From Cyanophyceae cyanobacterium (GTDB lineage: Bacteria; Cyanobacteriota; Cyanobacteriia; Cyanobacteriales; Laspinemataceae): a stretch of 64,000 bases of DNA. The stretch is taken from positions 416,001-480,000 of the forward strand of contig JBBQFN010000001.1 in NCBI GenBank assembly GCA_038321985.1, in the 5' to 3' direction. How positions within the stretch are numbered: position 1 is the first letter of the stretch; each line of letters starts with the position of its first letter. The position numbers and the translations under genes were made by a program. Under the pieces are notes generated by a model that was not told the DNA's origin, searched no databases, and was given only the letters and a program-made list of their open reading frames with translations. Of the stretch, positions 19,605 through 30,101 are shown in pieces.

Positions 19605-21398
19605 TTACTTTAACCCCATTTGCACGCGCCATAACCCCGCATAAATCCCTCCCAGTTCCAGGAGTTCCTCGTGAGTGCCGCGTTCTACCAATTCTCCCCG
19701 ATCCATGACATAAATGCAATCGGCATTTCTGATGGTAGAGAGACGATGCGCGATCGCAATGGTGGTCCGGTTTTGAGTAATGCGTTCCAGCGATCGCCCG
19801 ATCGCCGCTTCCGTTTCATTATCCACCGCTGAAGTCGCTTCATCCAAAATCAAAATCGGCGGATTTTTCAACAGTGCACGGGCGATCGCCAATCGTTGCC
19901 GCTGTCCCCCGGATAACTTTTGCCCCCGTTCCCCGACAATCGTCTCATAGCCTTGGGGCAGTTCCATAATAAAATCGTGGGCTTCGGCTAGTTTTGCCGC
20001 CTCCGTCGCATCTTCTAAGCTGGCATCAAAACTCCCATAAATGATGTTTTCCGCAACGGTCCCATGAAATAAAAACACATCCTGACTCACCAACGCGATC
20101 GCCCTGCGTAAATCCTGTAACTGAATGTCGCGTAATTCTATACCATCCAGGGTGATACTTCCTGAGTGAATCTCATACAGTCGCAGCAACAGCTTAACTA
20201 TGGTACTTTTTCCCGAACCCGTCGCCCCCACTAAGGCAATTGTTTGTCCAGCCGGAATTTCTAGAGATAACTGGTTAATCACTGGGGTGCGATCGGTGTA
20301 GGCAAAGCTAACATTTCGCCACTGAATTTCCCCTCGTACCGCTTGAATGGGTAATGCTTTGTTTCCCGGTGGAGTGATAATTGGCGTATCTAACAAATTC
20401 ATCACGCGGGCGACTGAAGCGGTTGCTCGTTGATACAAATCTAACGTTTGTCCCAATCGGGTTAATGGCCACAATAACCGCTGAGTTAAAAAGATTAGAA
20501 CGCTGTAAGTTCCTACCGCTAAATTGCCTTCTACTGTAGCCATTCCGCCAAACAACAAAGTAGCCGTAAAGGCCACCAAGATGATAATTCTAATTAAAGG
20601 AACAAAAGCTGCCGAGAGGGCGATAGCGCGTCGATTACTTTTCCCATACCCTTCGCTCAACCGTTCGATACGTTTACTTTCATAAGCCTCCGCCGTATAG
20701 CTTTTAATTGTGGTAATTCCGCTCAAATTATTGCTTAACTGGCTGTTGAGTAAGCTGACATTTTCGCGAACTTCAGCATACCGGGGGGTGAGCAATTTTT
20801 GAAAGACGATCGAACCCCAGATAATAAAAGGCATAGGGAGGAGTGCCATCCAGGCCACACTGGGAGCTAATACCAAAAAGGTTGTTCCGATGATAATAAC
20901 CGTCGTTATAACCTGGAGAATTTCATTAGCACCGACATCTAAAAAACGCTCTAGTTGGTTAATATCATCGTTTAAAATTGACATAAACCGCCCCGTTGAG
21001 CGCTCCTCAAAATAGGCCAAGTCTAAGTCTTGTAAATGGCGATAAACATCGAGGCGCAAGTCATGTTGTAAGGTTTGAGCAAGATTGCGCCAGAGGCGAT
21101 CGTAAGCATACTGAAAAACAGATTCCATCACCCATACAATAAAGGTGATTCCACTCAGTATGAGCAATTGCCCAAAGACATCTTGAACCCCTAATTGGGC
21201 GAGGAAAGACTCTTCTTCATTGACGACGACATCCACGGCAGCACCAATGAGTGCCGGAGGTGCCAAATCAAAGAGTTTATTTAGAATAGAACAGGCGATC
21301 GCCTGCCAGATTTGAACTTTATATTGATGCCCATACTCCAGCAGACGACCCAAGGGATGCCCTGAACGGTTTCGGGTAATATCGCGATTGACTGACAC
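19605..21398 (-). CDS. ABC exporter, fused permease/ATPase (MsbA-like)
   Basis: N-terminal TM domain; GATGSGKST, LSGGQRQR, DEATSAVD. Confidence 0.93.
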   Translation of the reverse strand: MSVNRDITRNRSGHPLGRLLEYGHQYKVQIWQAIACSILNKLFDLAPPALIGAAVDVVVNEEESFLAQLGVQDVFGQLLILSGITFIVWVMESVFQYAYDRLWRNLAQTLQHDLRLDVYRHLQDLDLAYFEERSTGRFMSILNDDINQLERFLDVGANEILQVITTVIIIGTTFLVLAPSVAWMALLPMPFIIWGSIVFQKLLTPRYAEVRENVSLLNSQLSNNLSGITTIKSYTAEAYESKRIERLSEGYGKSNRRAIALSAAFVPLIRIIILVAFTATLLFGGMATVEGNLAVGTYSVLIFLTQRLLWPLTRLGQTLDLYQRATASVARVMNLLDTPIITPPGNKALPIQAVRGEIQWRNVSFAYTDRTPVINQLSLEIPAGQTIALVGATGSGKSTIVKLLLRLYEIHSGSITLDGIELRDIQLQDLRRAIALVSQDVFLFHGTVAENIIYGSFDASLEDATEAAKLAEAHDFIMELPQGYETIVGERGQKLSGGQRQRLAIARALLKNPPILILDEATSAVDNETEAAIGRSLERITQNRTTIAIAHRLSTIRNADCIYVMDRGELVERGTHEELLELGGIYAGLWRVQMGLK

Positions 21399-21538
21399 AG
21401 GATTTATCTATATTGGGGTTGAAGGTCTACACCTATCATACGCAACAACCTAGCCAGCATTGTTATGGGGTGTTTTGCCCAACACCCGCAATCCCTCTCT
21501 CTACCTTCCAACCCCCTCCATTGTGTCTGGCTGACTCC

Positions 21539-22705
21539 TTATTGAGGCTGGACATCAATCTGCTGCGGCTGAGCACTGGGATTAATCTGCCGCTGAAAAC
21601 TAGGACTTACTTGTTCCACACCGGGATTAACTTGCGGTTGTTGAACACCGGGATTAACTTGCGGTTGTTGACTACCGGGATTTACTTGTTGAACACCGGG
21701 ATTAACTTGTTGTTGAACACCAGGATTAACTTGTTGTTGTTGACTACCAGGATTAACTTGTTGAACACCAGGATTAACTTGTTGTTGCTGCGGTTGAACA
21801 CCGGGATTTACTTGTTGAACACCAGGATTAACCTGTTGTTGCTGCGGTTGAACACCGGGATTTACTTGCGGTTGTTGACTACCGGGATTTACTTGTTGAA
21901 CACCAGGATTAACTGGTTGTTGCTGCGGTTGAACACCGGGATTAACTTGTTGAACACCGGGATTTACTTGTTGAACACCAGGATTAACCTGTTGTTGCTG
22001 CGGTTGAACACCGGGATTAACTTGCGGTTGTTGACTACCGGGATTTACTTGTTGAACACCAGGATTAACCTGTTGTTGCTGCGGTTGAACACCGGGATTA
22101 ACTTGCGGCTGAACACCGGGATTAACTTGTTGTTGCTGCGGTTGAACACCAGGATTAACTTGCGGCTGAACACCGGGATTAACTTGTTGTTGCTGCGGTT
22201 GAACACCGGGATTAACTTGCGGCTGAACACCGGGATTAACTTGTTGTTGCTGCGGTTGAACACCGGGATTAACTTGCGGCTGAACACCGGGATTGACGGG
22301 CACATTCGTAGGAGTTTGCTGAGTGGGAGTACCCCCCGGAACTTGCTGCTGGGTTGGAATGCCCTGATTAGGCTGTCCCGGTAGGGTTTGAGTAGGGCTA
22401 GAACCGGTCCAAGTTCTAACGGTAGTACCATCAGGTTGAGTTTGAATAGTCGTGCCATCGGGTAGAACCTGGACTTGACCTGGAGCTCCGACTCCTCCCT
22501 GGGGGGAATTGCTGGGTTCACCTATACCGCTGGGACTAGAGGTTGTGAGGGGCGGTTCACAGAGGTTATTCAAATTTCGTCTTTGACCCGAAGAATCGAT
22601 CATAAAACAGCCTGGATATTCTTGGGCGATCGCTACTTTAGAAATAGGTAGAATTAAGGCCAAAACTCCCGATGCTATGAGGGTGACTTTTAAGTTATTC
22701 AACAT
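21539..22705 (-). CDS. Secreted Gln/Pro-rich tandem-repeat protein
   Basis: AGGAGA RBS; signal peptide ending AIA-Q; CFMIDSSG...NLNNLC motif; about 26 VNPG(V/S)Q(P)Qn units. Confidence 0.8.
   Translation of the reverse strand: MLNNLKVTLIASGVLALILPISKVAIAQEYPGCFMIDSSGQRRNLNNLCEPPLTTSSPSGIGEPSNSPQGGVGAPGQVQVLPDGTTIQTQPDGTTVRTWTGSSPTQTLPGQPNQGIPTQQQVPGGTPTQQTPTNVPVNPGVQPQVNPGVQPQQQQVNPGVQPQVNPGVQPQQQQVNPGVQPQVNPGVQPQQQQVNPGVQPQVNPGVQPQQQQVNPGVQQVNPGSQQPQVNPGVQPQQQQVNPGVQQVNPGVQQVNPGVQPQQQPVNPGVQQVNPGSQQPQVNPGVQPQQQQVNPGVQQVNPGVQPQQQQVNPGVQQVNPGSQQQQVNPGVQQQVNPGVQQVNPGSQQPQVNPGVQQPQVNPGVEQVSPSFQRQINPSAQPQQIDVQPQ
21560..22295 (-). repeat. Coding tandem repeat of 21-33-bp units
   Basis: Repeated (TT)GAACACCRGGATTAACTTG on the + strand, with variable TTG/CTG/CGG triplet spacers. 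Confidence 0.95.
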
Positions 22706-23054
22706 TTTGCGGGTTCTCCTGTAGTTTGATAACTCACTCGCTCAAATAGGGTAGAACGATAAGCTCAGTTAGTAAAATAAAAAATTAAAGCTGTATTATT
22801 TTATAAGTAATTTTAAAAATAATCAATAAATTCTAAAATTAATGGCGCGTAAAGGTCCTACTCCAAAACCCAATTTATTGAAGAATGCTTAATCTTGGCA
22901 GTAAGCCAAGACTAAGCCAAGCCGATAGTAGGAGGGTTTATTTAGAAACTGGTACTATTATGCCTAAATAAACGGAAAAATAGGCTCCCTCACTAGAGAG
23001 ATTTATTCCTCATCCCCTAGGCAGAGGTATCGACAATTCAGCGGATATCGCTTT

Positions 23055-23085
23055 AAAAAAGCCCCAGACTCTAAACAGTGGGGGC
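23055..23085 (-). terminator. Putative intrinsic terminator after purT
   Basis: On the minus strand, GCCCCCACT...AGTCTGGGGC followed by TTTTTT. Confidence 0.55.
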
Positions 23086-23117
23086 TGACGGCAGAGGTTT
23101 CACCGCCAGATGAGGAA

Positions 23118-24281
23118 TTATTTGCCAATTTTTACAGTGTTAGCGGCCCGGGTCGCTTTTGCCCGGGCCTCTGCAACCGTCTCAGCTTTTGCTAAAGCGA
23201 CTCCCATGCGTCGGAAGGGACGAGAATCGGGTTTACCAAATAATCGCAAATCAACGTCCGGTTCTATAAGGGCATCAGCCACACCTTGATAGGAAATTGA
23301 ATCGGAATGCTCTTGAGCTAAAATAACCGCACTGGCACTCGGACCCAGTTGTTCTATTTTAGGAATAGGTAGCCCTAAAATTGCTCTGAGATGAAGTTCA
23401 AATTCATTGAGATTCTGTGAGATTAAGGTCACCATGCCGGTATCGTGGGGACGGGGGGACAGTTCCGAGAAAATAGTCTCATTTTTAGTAATAAAAAACT
23501 CGACCCCAAAAATACCAGCACCGCCTAAAGCATCGGTCACTTTTTGAGCGATCGCCTCTGCTTCTTGGACTCGTTCGGGTGAAATATCTGCGGGTTGCCA
23601 GGATTCCTGATAATCTCCTCGTTCTTGTCGATGCCCGACTGCTGGACAAAACAAAGTCGGGCGGTCCCATTGTCGAATTGTCAGTAGGGTAATTTCTAGT
23701 TCAAATTCAATAAATTCTTCGACAATTAGCTTTTGGGTATCTCCCCGAGAACCGGCGATCGCATAGTTCCAGGATGCTTCTACATCTCGGCGATCGAGAA
23801 CCGTAGATTGCCCTTTTCCCGAGGAAGACATCACGGGTTTAACTACATTGGGAAATCCGATTTGTTCGGAAGCGGCAATTAATTCTTCTAAGGTGGTAGC
23901 ATAAGCATATTTAGCAGTACGAATTCCTAACTCTTGGTGCGCCAGTTCCCGAATGCGATCGCGGTTCATCGTGTAGTTTGTTGCTTTCGCTGTGGGAATC
24001 ACAACAATGCCGCGATCCTTCTCAAATTCTAGTAATTTTTCGGTGCGAATAGCTTCAATTTCGGGTATAATAAAATTGGGCTGATGCTTCTCCACGATTC
24101 GTTCCAAGTCGTCTGGATTCAGCATAGAAATCACTTCCGAATAATCCGCCACCTGCATAGCGGGGGCATTGGCATAGCGATCGACTGCAATCACTGTATT
24201 GCCAAGACGTTGGGCGGCGATGGTAAATTCCTTCCCCAGTTCGCCAGACCCCAGAAGCATTAATTTTTGTGGTAAACGCAT
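23118..24281 (-). CDS. purT: Formate-dependent phosphoribosylglycinamide formyltransferase
   Basis: [36 protein letters not shown] and RRMGVALA motifs. Confidence 0.97.
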   Translation of the reverse strand: MRLPQKLMLLGSGELGKEFTIAAQRLGNTVIAVDRYANAPAMQVADYSEVISMLNPDDLERIVEKHQPNFIIPEIEAIRTEKLLEFEKDRGIVVIPTAKATNYTMNRDRIRELAHQELGIRTAKYAYATTLEELIAASEQIGFPNVVKPVMSSSGKGQSTVLDRRDVEASWNYAIAGSRGDTQKLIVEEFIEFELEITLLTIRQWDRPTLFCPAVGHRQERGDYQESWQPADISPERVQEAEAIAQKVTDALGGAGIFGVEFFITKNETIFSELSPRPHDTGMVTLISQNLNEFELHLRAILGLPIPKIEQLGPSASAVILAQEHSDSISYQGVADALIEPDVDLRLFGKPDSRPFRRMGVALAKAETVAEARAKATRAANTVKIGK

Positions 24282-24327
24282 CTAATCAATTCTCTATTGC
24301 TTCTACTTTTCCCTATTTTAAACCGTT

Positions 24328-24465
24328 TATAGCGCTTCTCAAACTCATTATGCACAGGCTACGCCCTGCGGCGATCGCTTGACCCAGGTGCGGAGTGCTC
24401 ATAAGCCATACCCTAGGCTTTACGCCCTCCAAAAATGTACCTCTCAATTCTGCAAGGGCCTCTAT
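24328..24465. repeat. Degenerate TATAGC...GCTATA-ended MITE-like element
   Basis: Left end TATAGCGCTTCTCAAACTCATTATGCACA; right end TGTACCTCTCAATTCTGCAAGGGCCTCTAT; related ends at 30948-31026 and 49385-49500. Confidence 0.45.
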
Positions 24466-24556
24466 CCTAAAATGCAGCCCCAAACAGGGGAGGCGGAGGT
24501 TCAACTGCCCGGTGCGGTAGAGGATTTCTGGACAAATTCCCCGGCTCTATTTCCTC

Positions 24557-25978
24557 CTATACCGCATAACTTTCCCCTATGCGATGGACCTTAATCAAGT
24601 TAGTTACCCCGGTAATGGGCAGAGGTAAACCGGCAATAATAACGACTAAATCTCCTTTTTCAACCATGTTTTTTTCTAGAACTGCTTTTTCTAGTAAAAC
24701 AATCATTTCATCGGTATTAGACGCTTCTTCAAGCTGCAAAGACTGCAACCCCCAATACAAGGCGATCCGCCGTTGAATGAATTCTTCAGTGGTTACCGCG
24801 ATCGCCGGTATGGATTGCCGATACTTGGACAGTAACCGGGCGGTAAATCCATGTTCAGTAAAACAAATTAGGGCTTTAGCATGGAGATTTTCTGCCAGTT
24901 GACAAGCGGCATGAACCACAGAATTTCCAATCGGATAAGCCTCAATTCCGCTGACATATTGCCGAGAGGTCACTAACTGGGCTTCCGCAGTTTCAGCAAT
25001 CAGCGCCATTGTTCTAACAGCCTGAACCGGATAGTCTCCGGCGGCTGTTTCTCCTGACAACATCAGGGCATCTGCACCATCATAAATAGCATTGGCAACG
25101 TCGGAGACTTCCGCGCGAGTCGGGCGCGGGTTGTGAATCATTGACTCTAACATTTGCGTGGCAACGATCGCCGGTTTTTGGTGCGATCGACAGGTTTGTA
25201 AAATAGATTTTTGGAGCGCCGGAACCCGTTCCAAGGGAACTTCTACCCCTAAATCTCCCCGGGCGACCATCACAACATCTGCGCTTTCTACAATCTCATC
25301 TAAATACTTTATAGCTTCATGACGCTCGATTTTAGCAATGACATTGGCGTTTTTCTCTTTGCGTCTAATAGCGCCTTTGACTTCTTTAACATCCGCTGCC
25401 TCCCGGACGAAAGAAAGGGCAACATAATCGATATCTTGGTCCAAGCCAAAGCTCAAATCTTCAATATCTTTTTGGGTCATCGCTGGAGCAGAAATTGAAG
25501 AATTTTGTAGGTTAATTCCTTTGTGACTTTTGACGGGTCCGCCATAAATCACCGTTCCATAAATTTCTTTTTCAAAAATCCGATTAGCTTGAATACAAAT
25601 TAGCCCATCATCAATCAGAATTAAATCCCCTTCTTTGACATCTTTAGCTAATCCTTTATAAGTCGAACTAAAGCGTTCTGCATTACCCAATACCTCTAGC
25701 ATGGTAATCACGGTTTTATCACCGGGATGGAGGAAAACCCCCGCTGCCATGTCTCCGACTCGGATTTTCGGACCTTGCAAATCCTGCATAATCGCGATCG
25801 GTTTATTTAATTCTGCGGATACTTCGCGAATGGTGCGGATATTTTGTTCGTGGCTGGCATAGTCGCCGTGGGAAAAGTTTAAGCGAGCTACATCCATTCC
25901 GGCGATCGCCATTTCTATAATCGTAGTGCGATCGCTACTCGCAGGACCGATGGTGCAGATAATTTTTGTTTTACGCAT
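24557..25978 (-). CDS. pyk: Pyruvate kinase
   Basis: RKTKIICTIGPAS, RLNFSHG, DLQGPKIR, MVARGDLGVE, ATQMLESM, MLSGETA. Confidence 0.97.
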   Translation of the reverse strand: MRKTKIICTIGPASSDRTTIIEMAIAGMDVARLNFSHGDYASHEQNIRTIREVSAELNKPIAIMQDLQGPKIRVGDMAAGVFLHPGDKTVITMLEVLGNAERFSSTYKGLAKDVKEGDLILIDDGLICIQANRIFEKEIYGTVIYGGPVKSHKGINLQNSSISAPAMTQKDIEDLSFGLDQDIDYVALSFVREAADVKEVKGAIRRKEKNANVIAKIERHEAIKYLDEIVESADVVMVARGDLGVEVPLERVPALQKSILQTCRSHQKPAIVATQMLESMIHNPRPTRAEVSDVANAIYDGADALMLSGETAAGDYPVQAVRTMALIAETAEAQLVTSRQYVSGIEAYPIGNSVVHAACQLAENLHAKALICFTEHGFTARLLSKYRQSIPAIAVTTEEFIQRRIALYWGLQSLQLEEASNTDEMIVLLEKAVLEKNMVEKGDLVVIIAGLPLPITGVTNLIKVHRIGESYAV

Positions 25979-26571
25979 GAAATTAAACCCATTAAAGCGG
26001 AAGTCGCCATACTTCTTTAATATTTTAACTAAATTTTTATTAAAAATCAGAATATCGATTGGGGATGATCAGGGCCGGTTACCCTCCAAGAGTGGAATAA
26101 AACCGCCAATTGGGAGATGAATTAAAAATTTATTAATTGATAATTTTAATCTCAAGTGAAAGATTTAGATGTGACGGGAGATACATTTTATCATTATACC
26201 TAACAGAAACTGAATCGACCAAAAAGGATGGGAAGGAGATTCAACCTCCTGAGCGAGTGTCATTTCCTGACCCTTTCCCCATGGCTGGCGGTCCTCTCCA
26301 TCTCCCCCCTCCTCTATTTCTGCTGCATCTACCCTATCTCCCTCTACAGTTAGAGGATTGACGATCGCCCTCGTGTTATGTCTAGTTAAATTGGCCGTTC
26401 GTATTTCCCAACAGGTCAATTCATGGGATATATTTTTACAATAGCCCAAGCGAGACGGTTTTTATTAACCCCTCAAATTCCGGTTGCGATCGGGATGCCG
26501 ATGTATTTTGCAGCAACGATGCTAGGGTGGAATGGCTAATTAACTTCTGTCTTTATCCAACTGCTTGAGCG

Positions 26572-28164
26572 ATGAATATTGCCGAAATTCTACACAAACA
26601 AGTTGAAGAAACCCCAGATACTCCAGCAATCCTGGAGATGGGACGCAGTGCAAGCGGCAGGGTGAGTTTTTCCGAATTGGAATTAAGAGCGAGTCGGGGA
26701 GTCACGCTGTTGCGACAAAAAGGAATGCAAACGGGAGATGTTATCTTACTCATGCTACCACTTTCAACGGAATTATACGTTGCGCTGATTGCAATTTTGA
26801 GAGTGGGTGCAGTCGCTTTAATCCTTGACCCAAATGCCAGTTCTGACGAACTTGATCGTGCCTGTAGTTTGTGCCGTCCAAAAGCCGTAATTACAACGAC
26901 CAAAATTCAGATTTGGCGGCTTTTCTCCCGAGCTTTCCGCAAAATTTCGCTTAAATTTACTATCGGATTTTCTTTACCAACTCTCATTTCCTGGAATCGC
27001 ACAAAAACTTTAACCCCTGATCATATCATCGCCCAAGTCGAACCCGAAACGACGGGGGTAATCCTTCCTATGGTAGGAACTTATGAACAATTAAAATTGG
27101 TCCAATTGACTCATTATTTATTAAGATTACAACAAAATTCTCTAGCCGAGATACTTGAGACCAACCCCGGAGAAATAGATATTACGCTGCAACCGCTTTT
27201 AGGATTAGTTAATCTGGGGCTGGGAATAACGAGTATATTGCCAAAATTCAATATTAAAAAGCCTTTAAATTTTCAAATTAACCCGATTATTAGCGTTATC
27301 AAGAAATATCACCCCACTCGAATTGCCGCTTCCCCAAATTTATTAGAGAATCTAATTCATGTTTTTATCAAAAAAAGAGAATTATTTAACAGCGTTCATA
27401 AAATATTTATTTGGGGAACGCCAGTTTTACCCAGTCTCCTTAATCAAGTGAATCAAATTGCCCCCCAAGCAGAAATTGTGGCAATCTATGGGGAAACCGC
27501 TGCGATCGCCAGCCTGTCTCGACGAGAAATCGCAGCAACTGATGTTAGCCAGATGCAAACAGGAAAAGGCTTACTTGTGGGCAAACCTGCCCCAGATATT
27601 AAGTTAAGAATTTTACCCAACCAATGGGGCGCACCCATCGTACCTTATGAAAATTTAGCCGAATTTGAAGCCACTTGCCGGCCTGAGTCAGAAGCGGGAG
27701 AAATTGTAATTCAAGGCGATCGCTTTATGACCCGCAGTTTAAATGAACTGGGAGATGAACCCATGAAATTTCGGGTCGGGGAACAGGAATGGTATCGTAC
27801 GGGAGATGCGGGATATTTAGACTCCCAGGGGCGATTGTGGTTACTCGGTTCCTGCCAAGATTGCATTCAAGATAAATTTGGAATCATTTATCCTCTGACG
27901 GTAGAATGCGCCATAAATTACAATCGAGAGATTAAAAATATTGCCTTTTTTTCCTATCGTTATCAGCGGACTTTAGTCGTAGAGATGGTGGAAAAACCCA
28001 GCGATCGCAGCGTATCCCAGCGCAGCTTATCCGCCGTGCTAGAGTCCCTAGAATGGGCTAACGTAGAAGCCCTGCGCGTAGTCGAAAAAATTCCCATGGA
28101 TAAACGCTACCCACGCCGAGTTAATCGCGTGGCATTGGAACAGATCCTGGACGAGCAGGACTAA
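26572..28164 (+). CDS. AMP-binding (ANL superfamily, OleC-like) protein with degenerate catalytic motifs
   Basis: ANL fold cues are present (ALIAILRVGAV, GLLVGKP, GEIVIQG, WYRTGDAGYLD), but the P-loop SGSTG is absent. Confidence 0.8.
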   Translation: MNIAEILHKQVEETPDTPAILEMGRSASGRVSFSELELRASRGVTLLRQKGMQTGDVILLMLPLSTELYVALIAILRVGAVALILDPNASSDELDRACSLCRPKAVITTTKIQIWRLFSRAFRKISLKFTIGFSLPTLISWNRTKTLTPDHIIAQVEPETTGVILPMVGTYEQLKLVQLTHYLLRLQQNSLAEILETNPGEIDITLQPLLGLVNLGLGITSILPKFNIKKPLNFQINPIISVIKKYHPTRIAASPNLLENLIHVFIKKRELFNSVHKIFIWGTPVLPSLLNQVNQIAPQAEIVAIYGETAAIASLSRREIAATDVSQMQTGKGLLVGKPAPDIKLRILPNQWGAPIVPYENLAEFEATCRPESEAGEIVIQGDRFMTRSLNELGDEPMKFRVGEQEWYRTGDAGYLDSQGRLWLLGSCQDCIQDKFGIIYPLTVECAINYNREIKNIAFFSYRYQRTLVVEMVEKPSDRSVSQRSLSAVLESLEWANVEALRVVEKIPMDKRYPRRVNRVALEQILDEQD

Positions 28165-28174
28165 CGCAAAAGGC

Positions 28175-28202
28175 CCTACAGTCTTTAGGCTGTAGGTGTT
28201 TT
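28175..28202 (+). terminator. Putative terminator after the AMP-binding gene
   Basis: CCTACAGTC-TTTA-GGCTGTAGG followed by TGTTTT. Confidence 0.5.
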
Positions 28203-28355
28203 CAGTCGTGACCCTAGGCTCAATCCGGGGATATTCCCCTCGATTGCCGGAATAGGAACTCCCCCAGTCGTAAAACCAGCGAGTAACCGGATGGTTAAGA
28301 ATTGCCCAATTCAGGGTTAAATAATTTAAGCTCTTTCGCGATTTTGTGAAGATTT

Positions 28356-30011
28356 GTGCCTGACGTAAAAAAACCCGCCCGTTCTCTAGCTGGAATTGCC
28401 GGTCTTGTGGCGATCGCCACCCTGATCAGTAAAGTTTTCGGTTTAGTGCGCCAACAAGCGATCGCCGCCGCTTTTGGGGTCGGTCCTGCATTCGACGCCT
28501 ATAACTACGCTTATGTGATCCCCGGTTTTTTGCTAATTTTGCTCGGGGGTATCAATGGACCCTTCCATAGCGCGATCGTCAGCGTCCTCGCCAAACGTAA
28601 ACCCGAAGAAGCAGCCCCCCTCGTCGAAACGATTACTACCCTTGTCGGCGGATTGCTGCTGATTGTATCCGGGGTTTTAGTCTTGTTTGCCGAACCCCTA
28701 ATGGGTTTAGTGGCACCGGGTTTGAACATTTCGGCGGCAGAAGCCGCAGCCCAGGGCCTTTCTACCCCAGAGTTTGAAACCCTGCAACTGACCCATGCGA
28801 TCGCCATTCAACAATTCCGGATCATGGCCCCCCTGGCTGTCCTCGCCGGTTTGATTGGCATTGGATTCGGCACCCTCAACGCCGCCGACCAATATTGGAT
28901 CCCCTCCATCAGTCCCCTGTTTTCCAGTGTGGCACTCATCGGTGCATTAGGCGTTTTCATCCTCCAAGCAGGCGAGGAAATAGGCCTTCCTGAATATGCC
29001 GTGACGGGAGGCATGGTTTTAGCATGGGGAACCCTTGCCGGGGCGATTCTCCAGTGGGTTGTCCAGGTCGTGACCCAGTGGCGCAGCGGCTTAGGGACCT
29101 TACGCCTACGTTTTGAGTTTAACCGTCCCGGAATTAAAGAGATCCTGAAAGTCATGGGACCAGCGACGTTATCCTCGGGAATGCTCCAAATTAATGTCTA
29201 TACTGACTTATTTTTTGCGTCTTACATTCCTCAAGCTGCCGCTGCCTTGGGGTATGCCGGACTGCTCGTGCAGACACCCTTGGGTATTGTTTCCAATATG
29301 CTGTTAGTGCCGCTATTGCCGGTATTTTCCCGGTTAGCTGACCCGACTGATTGGCCGCAACTTAAACAGCGGATTCGGCAGGGGTTGATGCTCACTGCCC
29401 TAACAATGTTACCCCTCGGTGCGTTTACGATCGCCTTATCCGTGGCGATCGTGCGAGTCATTTACGAACGCGGTGCCTTTGACCAATCCGCCTCCGCCTT
29501 TGTGGCCCCAATGCTGATGGCTTATGGAATTGGGATGTTTGTCTACTTAGGACGGGATGTGCTGGTGCGAGTATTTTATGCATTGGGAGATGGGGAAACC
29601 CCGTTTCGGGTGAGTATCGTGAATATTTTCTTAAACGGTGTCCTGGACTTCTTTATGGTGAAACCGTTCGGTGCACCGGGGTTGGTTCTGGCAACCGTAA
29701 TAGTAAATATTATTTCAATGCTGGTTTTGTTGATTTTGCTCGATCGCAAGTTAAATGGATTGCCTTTAGCGGAGTGGAGTAAACCGATCGCCTTGTTAAC
29801 TGCGGCCAGTGCCGTAGCTGGCGTCGTCGGTTGGGTCATTCTCCAAGGGTGCGATCGCTTATTTCAAGGCACTGGATTATTGATATATCTACTTGAATTG
29901 GGTCTATCAAGTTTGGGTGGATTACTGGTTTTTGTGGCGCTCGTTACTCAAATCAAATTACCCGAAGTAGATATATTTGTGCAGCGCCTTCGTCAGCGCT
30001 TTAGCCGCTAA
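28356..30011 (+). CDS. murJ: Lipid II flippase MurJ (MviN)
   Basis: SKVFGLVRQQAIAAAFG, LLGGINGPFHSA, RGAFD, RVFYALGD; many TM helices. Confidence 0.95.
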   Translation: MPDVKKPARSLAGIAGLVAIATLISKVFGLVRQQAIAAAFGVGPAFDAYNYAYVIPGFLLILLGGINGPFHSAIVSVLAKRKPEEAAPLVETITTLVGGLLLIVSGVLVLFAEPLMGLVAPGLNISAAEAAAQGLSTPEFETLQLTHAIAIQQFRIMAPLAVLAGLIGIGFGTLNAADQYWIPSISPLFSSVALIGALGVFILQAGEEIGLPEYAVTGGMVLAWGTLAGAILQWVVQVVTQWRSGLGTLRLRFEFNRPGIKEILKVMGPATLSSGMLQINVYTDLFFASYIPQAAAALGYAGLLVQTPLGIVSNMLLVPLLPVFSRLADPTDWPQLKQRIRQGLMLTALTMLPLGAFTIALSVAIVRVIYERGAFDQSASAFVAPMLMAYGIGMFVYLGRDVLVRVFYALGDGETPFRVSIVNIFLNGVLDFFMVKPFGAPGLVLATVIVNIISMLVLLILLDRKLNGLPLAEWSKPIALLTAASAVAGVVGWVILQGCDRLFQGTGLLIYLLELGLSSLGGLLVFVALVTQIKLPEVDIFVQRLRQRFSR

Positions 30012-30039
30012 ACCCTTGTCTCACTCTAGAGGATGATTT

Positions 30040-30073
30040 CATGAATAGCCCGCTGAAGCGGGCTATTTTCATG
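30040..30073. terminator. Bidirectional terminator-like hairpin between convergent genes
   Basis: AATAGCCCGC-TGAA-GCGGGCTATT(TT). Confidence 0.7.
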
Positions 30074-30101
30074 GGTAACGCTTCCAAATGAGACATCGGA
30101 C

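Noticed and set aside
21560..22295. Repeat array as a CRISPR
   Set aside because: There are no unique spacers, the units are in-frame multiples of 3 within a CDS, and no cas genes are present.
21413..22521. 323-aa Leu/Asn-rich plus-strand ORF and 158-aa alternative-frame ORF
   Set aside because: These are shadows of the stop-free tandem repeat. The minus-strand frame has the RBS, signal peptide and non-repeat N-terminus.
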